Shown: positions 1-8,299 of the stretch, in pieces
How positions within the stretch are numbered: position 1 is the stretch's first letter
Layout: every line of letters starts with the position of its first letter
IMG/VR virus record: IMGVR_UViG_3300033067_002280
Span: 1-27,440 of that record
Reading direction: 5' to 3' (one strand)
Length of the DNA stretch: 27,440 nucleotides
DNA from: a virus
Taxonomy: Duplodnaviria > Caudoviricetes
The notes under the pieces: model-generated
Told to the model about the DNA's origin: nothing
Databases searched by the model: none
What the model saw: only the letters and a program-made list of their open reading frames with translations
Program-made: the position numbers and the translations under genes

Positions 1-221
1 TCGCCGACGAGGTTGCCGAGCGCCGGGATGGCCGCCAGCCACTTGTTCTCCTCGTCCTTGTCGGGGAGCTTGAACTCACTGAACGCCTTCTGCACGGCGG
101 GGCCGGCGAGCACCGCTGCCAGCTTGGTGCCGTGCTTGAGCGCGTCGGGAGGCGCGAGCGGTCGCAGCTTGTAGACCACATCGTTGATTGTGGTCTGTGG
201 GTTTCCTTCGGAGAACGACAT
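1..221 (-). CDS. Probable tail assembly chaperone (3' end runs off the window; not in the ORF track)
   Basis: ATG at 221 with GGAAGGAAGG upstream. Reads MSFSEGNPQTTINDVVYKLRPLAPPDALKHGTKLAAVLAGP... and is open to the edge. It lies directly after the tail tube gene, the usual chaperone position. Confidence 0.65.
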   Translation of the reverse strand, partial: MSFSEGNPQTTINDVVYKLRPLAPPDALKHGTKLAAVLAGPAVQKAFSEFKLPDKDEENKWLAAIPALGNLVG

Positions 222-304
222 CGGGACACCTTCCTTCCTGGGGTTGTAGTCGAGGACTTCTATGTCGCCGCGACCGCGAAACTACTCGCCGCCTCGGTCG
301 ATTT

Positions 305-748
305 TTACGTCAGCGAGACCTGGCCGCCGACGAAGCTGGTGGCTTGACCGGTGTCGATGACCCACAGGTTGCCGCCGACTTCCGCCGCATAGTTCACTTC
401 CTTGGGCGGTCCCACAATCCACGCGCCCGGCGCGTTGACGAGGAACGTGCCGAGCAGGTTCTTCACCATGCACGGCAGCACCACGCCGTTCGGCGCGGCA
501 TCGTCGGCGAGGTGGAACGCCATGAGCACGTCGTTCGAGAGCGAGGTCTGGAGCAGCTCGACGGTAATCATCACCGTCTTGTCGTTGCTCTTCGAGCGGG
601 CGACCTCGCCGTCGGTGCCGACGGTCTTCTTGAAGCGCTCCTGGAAGCCGACCTTGACGCGGCTGCCCGAGACAGTCCCCTGGATGAGGGCCCCACCGAA
701 AACGATGGAGACCTGTGCCGGGTCGTATGCTGAAAGTTTCGCTCCCAT
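305..748 (-). CDS. Tail tube protein (DUF3277-like)
   Basis: 147 aa with N-terminal AYDPAQVSIVFGG, plus VGTDGE and ITVELLQTSLSN motifs. Follows the sheath gene and has a GGAG RBS. Confidence 0.85.
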   Translation of the reverse strand: MGAKLSAYDPAQVSIVFGGALIQGTVSGSRVKVGFQERFKKTVGTDGEVARSKSNDKTVMITVELLQTSLSNDVLMAFHLADDAAPNGVVLPCMVKNLLGTFLVNAPGAWIVGPPKEVNYAAEVGGNLWVIDTGQATSFVGGQVSLT

Positions 749-757
749 CGTTTCTCC

Positions 758-2089
758 TTAGACCGACACAGTGCCGGCGATGACCAGGTTGTGGATGGCT
801 CCAGCGAGCGTGCCGGTGAAGGTCACGTTCGGGAGCGTGCGCGCTGCTTTGTTGACGCTGTCGACCGAGGCCGCCTTCGGCACGGTGACGGTGTACTGCG
901 GGCTCTCCGCGAGGCCACCGGCTTCGACGCCGCGTTGCAGCACCGAGCGGACGGCGCTCTCGATTTGCGCGATGCCGGGGTCCGTGAACGGCACCTTCGC
1001 CTGCGTCGTGAGGACGTTGAAGATGGCTTCCTGTATGCGGGCGTAGAGCCAGTCGACGAACCGGATGGTGTCGAGGAACTCGCCTTGGCAGGTCTTGCCT
1101 TCCTCGGTCGTGTTCGTGCCGGCGACGTTGATGTAGAAGTTCGCGTTCTTGGCTCGGAGCTGCGTGAGCTGCGAGTCGGTGAGCTTCGTCGCGCCGACGC
1201 CGGCCAGCGTCTTGAACTTCATGCTCTCGGAGCCCGGGACGAACGGCAGCCAGCGTCCGAGGAACGCCGCGTCGTCTTGGTCCATGTGGCCGTCGTTCCA
1301 GAAGAGAGCCGAGCGCGTGTACGCTTGGTTCTTCATGTACGACGCCACGTCGGCGGCGCCCGATACAATGATGTCCTGGTTCATGGTGCCGCCGACGAAG
1401 AACTTCCGGCGGCTCTGCACCCAAGCGCCCTGTGCCTTGATTTCGTCTTCGCCCTTGGACGTGCCGATGAAGCCGTACCAGTCGGCGTCCTCCAGCTCGA
1501 TGTTGTTCAGGTCGGTGGCCACGCCTGCGTCAGCAGTGGTGTCTTTCCACGTGCTGAAGTTGGCGTTGATGGCCTCCACCTTGAACTTCGGTCCCGTTGC
1601 CGGTCCGAGGATGCGGAGGAAGGTCGTCTGGTTGGACGCCGTGAGGCCGGCAGCGCTGTAGCCGTTCAAAGCCGCAACTGCGGCGCTCAGGCCGTTGATG
1701 ATTTCGGCGGCGTTCGCCGTGGCGCTGGAGACGAACTGCACCGTCTGGGTCGCGCCGCCGGTGATGGCCATGCTGAACTTGTAGGTGGTGCTGATGGCCG
1801 TGGCTGGAGTGAGTTCGAAGCGCTGCGCAGGCCCGAGCGTGCGACGGCCGACCTTGGCCGACTGCGGGCGCGGGTTCTGCGAGAACATCTGGCTCACGGC
1901 AACATAGGCCGGGTCCGTGGTCGCGAAGCCGTCGGTCACCATGCTGGCTAGAGACGAGTACGAGCGAACCCGCACGTCGCTGTAGCGCGTGTTGAAGTCG
2001 AGGACCAACGGCGTGCCGAAACCGGCCTGCGTGATGGTGCTCGACTGGATGGTGATGGACAGGTTGATGATGTCGTCTAGCCCAGCCAT
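758..2089 (-). CDS. Tail sheath protein (DUF3383-like)
   Basis: 443 aa with GFGTPL, FSQNPRP, KFKTLAGV, GEFLDTIRFVDWL, KVPFTDPGI and LAGAIH motifs typical of DUF3383 sheaths. Confidence 0.9.
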   Translation of the reverse strand: MAGLDDIINLSITIQSSTITQAGFGTPLVLDFNTRYSDVRVRSYSSLASMVTDGFATTDPAYVAVSQMFSQNPRPQSAKVGRRTLGPAQRFELTPATAISTTYKFSMAITGGATQTVQFVSSATANAAEIINGLSAAVAALNGYSAAGLTASNQTTFLRILGPATGPKFKVEAINANFSTWKDTTADAGVATDLNNIELEDADWYGFIGTSKGEDEIKAQGAWVQSRRKFFVGGTMNQDIIVSGAADVASYMKNQAYTRSALFWNDGHMDQDDAAFLGRWLPFVPGSESMKFKTLAGVGATKLTDSQLTQLRAKNANFYINVAGTNTTEEGKTCQGEFLDTIRFVDWLYARIQEAIFNVLTTQAKVPFTDPGIAQIESAVRSVLQRGVEAGGLAESPQYTVTVPKAASVDSVNKAARTLPNVTFTGTLAGAIHNLVIAGTVSV

Positions 2090-2093
2090 GTAC

Positions 2094-2675
2094 TCAATCT
2101 CCTTCGACGGTAAACGTACCGCCGTTGTCCGGTTTCACGCCCCCAAGCACCTGCCCAGTTCCTTGGACCGTCTCGATGTTCGGCGCCGAGAACGCGGCGT
2201 CCACGTTCACGGCGATGTTCAAATTAACTGTGAGGGAGGTGCGGCTGACGGGTTTAGCTCCGTCTTCGACTGCGTCGAGGTTCCGCGCTCCACTGAAGTC
2301 TGACACAGCAACGCCCACCGGCGCAAGCCAGCGCGCACACACCTCGGCAATGTCGAGCGCTATGGAGAGCGAGTCGATGAGCGCGGTGCTGTTCGAGCCG
2401 GCTCTGAAGTCGTCGGTGATTGCCTGGATATCCACCTGCGCGGTGCGCGATGCGTAGTACGTTTGCTCGACCTTGTTGGTCTCCGCGTTGAACTCGTTGA
2501 CCGTCGCGCCGTCGCCGATGCTTCCCCACGACAGCCATTGCAGGCGCACGTATGGACGGGTGGGTTGAGGTCCGGTGCCGAACGACCACGTCGCCGGCAC
2601 GCCAAGCGCTTCTTTCACGAGCGCGACGAACGCGTTCTCGATTGCTCGCCACTGCATGCCGGCTGGCATTGTCAT
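2094..2675 (-). CDS. Neck/tail terminator (tail completion) protein
   Basis: 193 aa directly upstream of the sheath, with a GPQPTRPYV motif. Coupled to the upstream gene by an ATGA overlap. Confidence 0.7.
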   Translation of the reverse strand: MTMPAGMQWRAIENAFVALVKEALGVPATWSFGTGPQPTRPYVRLQWLSWGSIGDGATVNEFNAETNKVEQTYYASRTAQVDIQAITDDFRAGSNSTALIDSLSIALDIAEVCARWLAPVGVAVSDFSGARNLDAVEDGAKPVSRTSLTVNLNIAVNVDAAFSAPNIETVQGTGQVLGGVKPDNGGTFTVEGD

Positions 2676-3064
2676 TGGTCAACCGCCGTTCCGACAGCGG
2701 TCCAGTAGTTGCCGTCGTTCGAGCGGTCCCAAAACAAGCTCACCTCGTAGGCCACACCGTTCCACACGATGATGTCGCCGGGCTTGCCGTTCTCCCTGCG
2801 GAGCGGGCGCAGCTCGGACGTGCTCCACACCTTGATGAGCCTCTTCATGCGCGAAGCTTCGGGCAGCTCTTCCTTCTCGTCGGTGTATGCCTGGCAAACA
2901 CCGGTGAATTGCACGCCGTCAGAAAAGCCATCGACCCATCTGCCGTCGACCCACGAGCCGCTCTCGCCGGCTCGGATGAGGGTGAGCTGCGCCTGCTGAG
3001 ACAAGCGACGCAGCGCGCTGCCTGGTCCGTTCTGAAGGTTTATCTTGGCGACGGTGTTGCTCAT
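2672..3064 (-). CDS. Head closure / head-tail adaptor
   Basis: 130 aa with GSWVDGRW, ELPEASR, DIIVWNGVAYEV and YWTAV motifs, in the neck module. Confidence 0.75.
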   Translation of the reverse strand: MSNTVAKINLQNGPGSALRRLSQQAQLTLIRAGESGSWVDGRWVDGFSDGVQFTGVCQAYTDEKEELPEASRMKRLIKVWSTSELRPLRRENGKPGDIIVWNGVAYEVSLFWDRSNDGNYWTAVGTAVDQ

Positions 3065-3570
3065 CGCGTCTGCCCTTTGCGCACGGTGCCTTCGTACTTC
3101 ACCTTGATGGACGCGTAGAGCGAGCCGGTGGCGTAGAGCGCGACGTGCGGACGAGGGTAGCCTTTGTGCCTCTTCGCCAGAACGGTGTCGTCCTTGAGCG
3201 GCGGAGCTATGCCCCGAAGCAGCCGCGCCTGCATGTCGGCGAGCATCTCAAACCCGAGCGGCATGATGGCCTGCATCAGGTTGGCGATGTCGCCCATGAC
3301 GTACTTACGCATCAGCGTCGCGCCGAGCGCCTTGTACTTCTGTTTGTTCTCGCGCAACGGCGCGCGCACGAACGAGCGCGCTGGAATGTGCTCGGTGCCG
3401 TATTCGTGGATGTTGGCGAGCTGTGCGTTGGTGAGACCGCTGCCTGGGTCGACGCGGGACGCGTCCTCAGCGTGAACGCCGATGCTGACCGTCGCTTTGC
3501 CAGCCTCGATGCGCCTCACCAGCTCGTTGAGCTTGGAGAAGTCGCCCGTGAGCTTGGCCGTACCGGCCAC
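3061..3570 (-). CDS. Neck / virion morphogenesis protein (HK97 gp10-like)
   Basis: NAQLANIHEYGTEHIPARSF and ALYATGSLYASI motifs. GTG start with GGAG-like context. Confidence 0.8.
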   Translation of the reverse strand: MAGTAKLTGDFSKLNELVRRIEAGKATVSIGVHAEDASRVDPGSGLTNAQLANIHEYGTEHIPARSFVRAPLRENKQKYKALGATLMRKYVMGDIANLMQAIMPLGFEMLADMQARLLRGIAPPLKDDTVLAKRHKGYPRPHVALYATGSLYASIKVKYEGTVRKGQTR

Positions 3571-3572
3571 GG

Positions 3573-4010
3573 CTAGAGCCCGCCGCCGCTATCGAACGGG
3601 TCGTTGCTCGCGACGCCACGAGGGTTGTCGAACTGGTCGCGCTTGAACGCCGGCTGCACCTGGCTCGCGTCGGCGTTCGCTGCTTCAACAGCGGTCACGT
3701 CAACGCCGCCCATGGTGGGCAGCGCGAGGCTCGCGCTCTTCTGTTCGAGCTTGGCCGCCAGCGCTTCGTAGTGGTCGAACATCTGCGACGCGCTTTCGCT
3801 GACGTCGCCGACCGACACATCGCGCAGGCGCGCGTACTTGGCAGCGAGCATCCGGGCGACTTGCGCCGCACCGAGCTGCCCGCTGCCGAAGTTCGTGATG
3901 ACATACTGGTACTCCGCGTCCGACATCTGCTCGTCGGTCAAGTCGGTGTCGCCGACGAGCAATCTAAGCTCGTCCGTCGACCCCGCAGTTGGAGCACCCG
4001 TGTACGGCAT
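3573..4010 (-). CDS. Head-tail connector (adaptor) protein
   Basis: 145 aa with LRLLVGDTD, MSDAEY and VSVGDVSES motifs, downstream of the MCP. Confidence 0.75.
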   Translation of the reverse strand: MPYTGAPTAGSTDELRLLVGDTDLTDEQMSDAEYQYVITNFGSGQLGAAQVARMLAAKYARLRDVSVGDVSESASQMFDHYEALAAKLEQKSASLALPTMGGVDVTAVEAANADASQVQPAFKRDQFDNPRGVASNDPFDSGGGL

Positions 4011-4013
4011 CGT

Positions 4014-4319
4014 TTACGCTCGCTTCTCTTTCTGAATTTTCGCGCGCTTCGGAGGCTTCGCCGCGACGATTGGCGCGACGCGCACCTTGTCGTCTTCGTC
4101 GTCCTCGTCGTCGTGCGAGCTGCCGGGCTTCGCGTGCGTGGGCAGACCCTTCGGCGGCTTCTCGTCCTTGCCGAGAGGCTGCCATACGATGCTGCCGGTG
4201 TTGATGCACGCCTTGAACGTGCTCCAGCTCGTGCACTCCGGCACCGGGTCACCGGGCTGAAGTTGAACGGTCTGACCGTCGCGAACGACCTTGATTGCTT
4301 TGCCTGCTACGTATGCCAT
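4014..4319 (-). CDS. Hypothetical small protein after the MCP (101 aa; start corrected from 4385 to 4319)
   Basis: AAGGAG lies 9 nt before ATG 4319. The protein is MAYVAGKAIK..PGDPVPECTSW.. followed by an acidic then basic low-complexity tail. Confidence 0.7.
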   Translation of the reverse strand: MAYVAGKAIKVVRDGQTVQLQPGDPVPECTSWSTFKACINTGSIVWQPLGKDEKPPKGLPTHAKPGSSHDDEDDEDDKVRVAPIVAAKPPKRAKIQKEKRA

Positions 4320-4326
4320 GACTGAA

Positions 4327-4419
4327 AGCTCCTTCTGGGTGAGAGAGTAAGCCGTACCCGGCCAGCGACACAACATTGAACGCATGTGTCTCGTATCCTC
4401 TCACCCCAGGGAGGAAGCT
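4327..4419 (-). promoter_or_regulatory. Predicted branched RNA structure after the MCP stop that pairs with the downstream RBS
   Basis: AGCUUC..CUGGGGUGAGAG pairs with CUCUCACCCAG..GGAGCU. Internal stems are GACACA/UGUGUC and GCCG/CGGC. Confidence 0.55.
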
Positions 4420-4430
4420 GGTCACGCCGA

Positions 4431-5405
4431 TTACGAGTCGACGGTCTTGAACAGGACGCCGAGGTCGGAGGCCACGATTTTCATCGCGTAGGCCATCTCA
4501 CCCTCGATGCGGTCGCTGCGCGCCAGGTCGTTGCGCATGCGCATGATGCGCAGGCCCGACGTGGCGGACAGGTACTGGCGCCAGGTGAAGATGTAGCCGG
4601 CGCTCGGCATCAAGATGCCGGGCGTGGGCGCGGCGTAGAGCAGCAACGCCGAGTCCTCAGTGAAGATGAAGTCCATCGAGTCCGCCGCGCCTTCTTCAGA
4701 CGTGTTGTACACGATGTCCGCGACCACGATTTGTTCGAGGCCGAGGATGGCCGCGATGGTCTGCTCGTTGGTGAACGCGGGGTTGTTCGGGCTCGACTGC
4801 CCGTACTTGATGCGGTCGATGACCGCAGCGTTGTCGAGCACGACGTCCCAGGCAGCAGCGCCGAACACCATCTTGTTCGGCTTGATGCCCGTCTTCTTCT
4901 TCATCGCCCGGATTTCCTTGCGGATGTCCTTGATGGGGTCACCGTTGGCGGTGTCCCACTTGTTGCCGGGGACGATGTCGTTGCCCGTGCTCGAACCCGT
5001 CCAGGTGTTGAGCGCGAAGAACGTCTGCGCGAAGTCGTAGTCGCGTTTCAGCGTGAGCTGCTGCGTGACGAACCGGCTCGCGTCGGCGTCCATGTTGAGG
5101 ACCGGGTCCGCGTTGCTGCGGATTTGGTCGTCCACGTCTTTGTGCAACGCGTTGACGTCGCACGTGTACGTGGCGGTTTGCAGGTCGTAGCCCGACCCGA
5201 CCGATTCAGTTCCAGGCGCGCGCTTGCGAGCTTGGATGCGGAACCAGTTGCCCTTCGGATAAACGAAGTAGCTGTCCGACTTGTTGTCGACCGGCACGTA
5301 CGGGAAGACCTTGTCGGCCACCGTTTCGAGCGTGCCGGTGTAGGCCACGCTGAGGTCCGTGAGCGGTTTGTTGACGTGAACGTCGCTGAGTGTTGGTTGC
5401 GGCAT
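4431..5405 (-). CDS. Major capsid protein (HK97 fold)
   Basis: 324 aa with DVHVNKPLTDLSVAY, ADKVFPYVPV, RAPGTES, KW..DPI.DI, TGIKPN and PSAGYIF motifs. GGAGG RBS. Confidence 0.92.
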   Translation of the reverse strand: MPQPTLSDVHVNKPLTDLSVAYTGTLETVADKVFPYVPVDNKSDSYFVYPKGNWFRIQARKRAPGTESVGSGYDLQTATYTCDVNALHKDVDDQIRSNADPVLNMDADASRFVTQQLTLKRDYDFAQTFFALNTWTGSSTGNDIVPGNKWDTANGDPIKDIRKEIRAMKKKTGIKPNKMVFGAAAWDVVLDNAAVIDRIKYGQSSPNNPAFTNEQTIAAILGLEQIVVADIVYNTSEEGAADSMDFIFTEDSALLLYAAPTPGILMPSAGYIFTWRQYLSATSGLRIMRMRNDLARSDRIEGEMAYAMKIVASDLGVLFKTVDS

Positions 5406-5423
5406 GTTCTTCTATCCTCCCGC

Positions 5424-5828
5424 TTACGAAGCGTTGGTGACCGGGCCGTGGTATGCGAAGACCATGGCAATCTTCGAACCCGCGCCCGCTGCGGATTCGA
5501 GAGAGTAGCCATAGATGTGGTTGCCGACGCCGGCAGCCGCCGTGATGGCGCGCCCGACGGAGTCGGTCATGAGAGGCAAGCCCGCAGACGCAATCGCGAC
5601 GCCGGCCTCCACCTTGGTGACGCCGCCACCGGCGACGCACACGGGGTCGCCAACGGCACCCGTGTCTTGGATGACGCCAGCGAGGCCTTTCTGGCCGGCT
5701 GTCGCGGCGCGCACCATCGCCCCTGCGGGCGTGGTGCCGTACTGCACGAAGCGGAATGCGCTGGCGGTGAGGGCGATGTCGCCGCTCACGACGCCAGCGA
5801 GTCGCAGTTGTGGTCCTTCAAAAGCCAT
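5424..5828 (-). CDS. Capsid decoration/cement protein (DUF2190-like)
   Basis: 134 aa, Ala/Gly-rich, with GVTKVEAG, TDSVGRA and GYSLESA motifs. Directly upstream of the MCP. Confidence 0.75.
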   Translation of the reverse strand: MAFEGPQLRLAGVVSGDIALTASAFRFVQYGTTPAGAMVRAATAGQKGLAGVIQDTGAVGDPVCVAGGGVTKVEAGVAIASAGLPLMTDSVGRAITAAAGVGNHIYGYSLESAAGAGSKIAMVFAYHGPVTNAS

Positions 5829-5898
5829 TTTGCTACTCCATTTTTCTGACCGAGCTAACGGTCAATGACGAACGTTTTGGTTCTTGCTTCGCTTCCGC

Positions 5899-7071
5899 TT
5901 AGCCGCTGTAGCGGCTGCCCGATTGCTGCGGGTGTTCCCGCAGGTAGTCGGCGTAGAGTTCAGGGTCGAACTCCAGCGCCTTGGCGACCGACATGGCCTT
6001 CTGCATCTCGCTCTTCACGATGGACTGCACGCCCACCATGCCAGGCAGTTCCGTCTTGAGAATGTCGGATTTCTCCAACATGACGGTCGCGCTCTTGTTG
6101 ATGCGCGACATGGCGTCGTTGCCGCCAGCGGCGGACGCGCTACCGTGCGGCTGCGAGCCGCTCGGCTGGAAGAGTGCGCTCTTGGCGAGCGCGAGGCTCG
6201 ACGCTTTGAGCACGCCGAATTGCAGCTCGGCGGCTTCCTTCGAGACCTTCGTCTCGGCGTCGAAGAGCATCTTGCCGAGTTCATCTGCGCTCTTGCCCGG
6301 GACGAACTTCAGCTCGTCCTTCGCCTTGGTGACCCAGTCCTTCAGCAACTGAGCTTCGTCGCGTTCCTTCGCTTGCTTCTCCAGCTTGGCGATGGTCGCG
6401 GTGAAGGCCTCTTGCTGGGACTTCATCAAGGTTTCAAGCTGGGCGACTTTCTCGTCGCTCGCTTGCTTCGCCACGTCCGTCGTGGCCCCGTTGCCGTTTC
6501 CGGCTTGCGTCTTGTCGTCCTTCGACATTGGTGGCTCCTTCTTGTCCGTCGGTTTATCCGACGGTCGTTGCTGTGTGTTTCCCGGCGCCGGCTCTTTGTT
6601 GCCTGCGCTCGGGGTGTCTGCCGGCTTGTCTTTGCCCGGCGCCGGCTGTTCGTTCGGTTCCTTCGCCTCGCCTGGGTCCTTCGGGTCAGGCTCGGTGGAA
6701 GCGTCGGCGTCGGGAGCGCCCGTCGCTTGTCCAATGAGGCCCGGCAGCACTTCGCTGACGAACTTCCCGAACGCGCCCATGTCCTGGTAGGCCGCCGCAA
6801 TCTTCACGAGCGCCTTCGCGGCCTCGATGGCTTGCGGGTCGGTCAACCCTACTTGCTTCACCTTCTCCGCGAAGGCCGCGTCATCGACGGGCAGCTCGCC
6901 CTTCGTGATGACCTGCGCGATGAGTTGGGCGACTGTGGCCATGTCTTGCTCTCCCTGTTCGTTCGATTTCTTGACGCCGAACTTCTTTCGGTTAGCGCCT
7001 CGCTGGACGAGCGAGACCACGAGGGTCTCGATGTCAGTCAGTTTGGTCACTCGTCCTGCCGCTCCAGGCAT
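5899..7071 (-). CDS. Capsid scaffolding protein with an N-terminal protease-associated VSLV..AN strand; probable nested starts at 6942 and 6528
   Basis: Lies between protease and decoration/MCP genes. Has a Pro-rich linker, a coiled-coil C-half and the end PELYADY. GGAGAGG RBS before ATG 7071. Confidence 0.75.
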   Translation of the reverse strand: MPGAAGRVTKLTDIETLVVSLVQRGANRKKFGVKKSNEQGEQDMATVAQLIAQVITKGELPVDDAAFAEKVKQVGLTDPQAIEAAKALVKIAAAYQDMGAFGKFVSEVLPGLIGQATGAPDADASTEPDPKDPGEAKEPNEQPAPGKDKPADTPSAGNKEPAPGNTQQRPSDKPTDKKEPPMSKDDKTQAGNGNGATTDVAKQASDEKVAQLETLMKSQQEAFTATIAKLEKQAKERDEAQLLKDWVTKAKDELKFVPGKSADELGKMLFDAETKVSKEAAELQFGVLKASSLALAKSALFQPSGSQPHGSASAAGGNDAMSRINKSATVMLEKSDILKTELPGMVGVQSIVKSEMQKAMSVAKALEFDPELYADYLREHPQQSGSRYSG

Positions 7072-8290
7072 TGGCTACCTCTCCAAGTTCGACGCACGTA
7101 ACGTTCGGCATTTCACTGCGATGCTCAATCGGGACTCGCTTGCCGAAGCCCTCCATCGAGAAGGCCGCGATTTCCCCCGCCTCGAACTTCTTCCAGAGGC
7201 GGTCGCTGAGCTGCACGCCGATGACCCAAGCTCCCGAGTGAACCACTTGCCCGTTGCTGTACTTGCGGGAGTAGACTCTGTGCGGGAGATTCAGGTTCGC
7301 CTTCTCTAGTTCGCCGGGTGGGTAGTCCTCGACGAAGCTCTCCACCACTCGCGCGTCGTATACGGTCTCCTTGTGATGGAGACCTACGCCACCACTCTTG
7401 GTGAGGAAGTCGTGCGCTGTCTTTCGGATTTCTTTGGGCGGTGCCCAGTCGCTTTGCGTGTCGACAGTGTAAGGGTCGAGCACCACTCCGTAGACCACGT
7501 GCTCGACAGGGTCGGCTTTGTGAATCAGCGTGTCTATGGTGGCTCGGTCGGTCGGCGTGGCGCCCTTTGCGACGAGTTGCACTGAGTATGCCTGGCGGTG
7601 TGAGGTAACGTCAAGGCGCTTTCTAATGGCCGCCGTCTTGCGCGCCAGCTCCTCGCCGAACTTGGCGATGTCGCCGCGCACCTCCGCGAGCGTCGGAAGG
7701 TTCCACGAGCGCTTGTCCTTCACGAGATGCGTCTCGTCGCTCATGCACACGATGACGTCCGGGTTCGCGCTCTTGATGAAGGCCTCCAGCGCGTCCTCGC
7801 CGTGCGCGCCGCTGCACCACGCGAGCATCACATCGTCACGACTAATGCCGAGAGGAGCGAGCACGTGCTTCTCCAGCGCGGCGCGGTCGGCGTTGACGAA
7901 CGGCTCACCTCGCAGCTCCTCTGCTGGAGTAGGTGCGCCCTTCACCACGAGCACGCGGCCTTTGCCTACGACGTGGAAGTCGTTGTTCTGCTCGGGCAGC
8001 GCGTCGTGCTTGCGCGCGTAGTTCTTCTCGACGTTGTTGACTGGCGCGAGCGATGTGACGTTCGGGAGGATGAACGTGTGCGAGCCTGCCGGCACGACGA
8101 AGTTGCTGGCCGACGACGTCTGCGGCTGCGACGGTTGCCCAGCGAACTCTCTCCAGCTTTGGGCGTAGGCCTCCGCGATGACTCGCGACTCTTCCAGCGT
8201 GTGTCCGGTGACGACGAGGTAGTCGATGTTCTGCTTGATGGTCTTCTCGTCGAAGCCCGGCTTGAGTATGCCCTTGGATACGTCGGTCAT
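7034..8290 (-). CDS. XkdF-like prohead serine protease fused to an upstream degenerate family-4 UDG-like domain
   Basis: C-half has VVYGVVLDP..VDTQSD..EIRKTAHDF..GLHH..VVESF..GAWVIG..LW..GEIAAFSMEG, the XkdF pattern. Middle has VLVVKGAP..EE.RGEPFV..LGISRDDV..NPDVIVCM. Confidence 0.8.
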   Translation of the reverse strand: MTDVSKGILKPGFDEKTIKQNIDYLVVTGHTLEESRVIAEAYAQSWREFAGQPSQPQTSSASNFVVPAGSHTFILPNVTSLAPVNNVEKNYARKHDALPEQNNDFHVVGKGRVLVVKGAPTPAEELRGEPFVNADRAALEKHVLAPLGISRDDVMLAWCSGAHGEDALEAFIKSANPDVIVCMSDETHLVKDKRSWNLPTLAEVRGDIAKFGEELARKTAAIRKRLDVTSHRQAYSVQLVAKGATPTDRATIDTLIHKADPVEHVVYGVVLDPYTVDTQSDWAPPKEIRKTAHDFLTKSGGVGLHHKETVYDARVVESFVEDYPPGELEKANLNLPHRVYSRKYSNGQVVHSGAWVIGVQLSDRLWKKFEAGEIAAFSMEGFGKRVPIEHRSEMPNVTCVELGEVANAWSGRTSDQTD

Positions 8291-8299
8291 TGTTGCTCC

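Noticed and set aside
4327-4419. Hammerhead ribozyme interpretation of the three-way junction
   Set aside because: The CUGAnGA and GAAA core is not present at the junction on either strand.
5847-5864. Hairpin TGACCG-N6-CGGTCA as a terminator
   Set aside because: Only 6 bp, and followed by A-rich rather than U-rich sequence on the coding strand.
7034-7071. Programmed frameshift fusing protease and scaffold
   Set aside because: No slippery heptamer is visible in the overlap, and the scaffold ATG has its own strong RBS (GGAGAGG).
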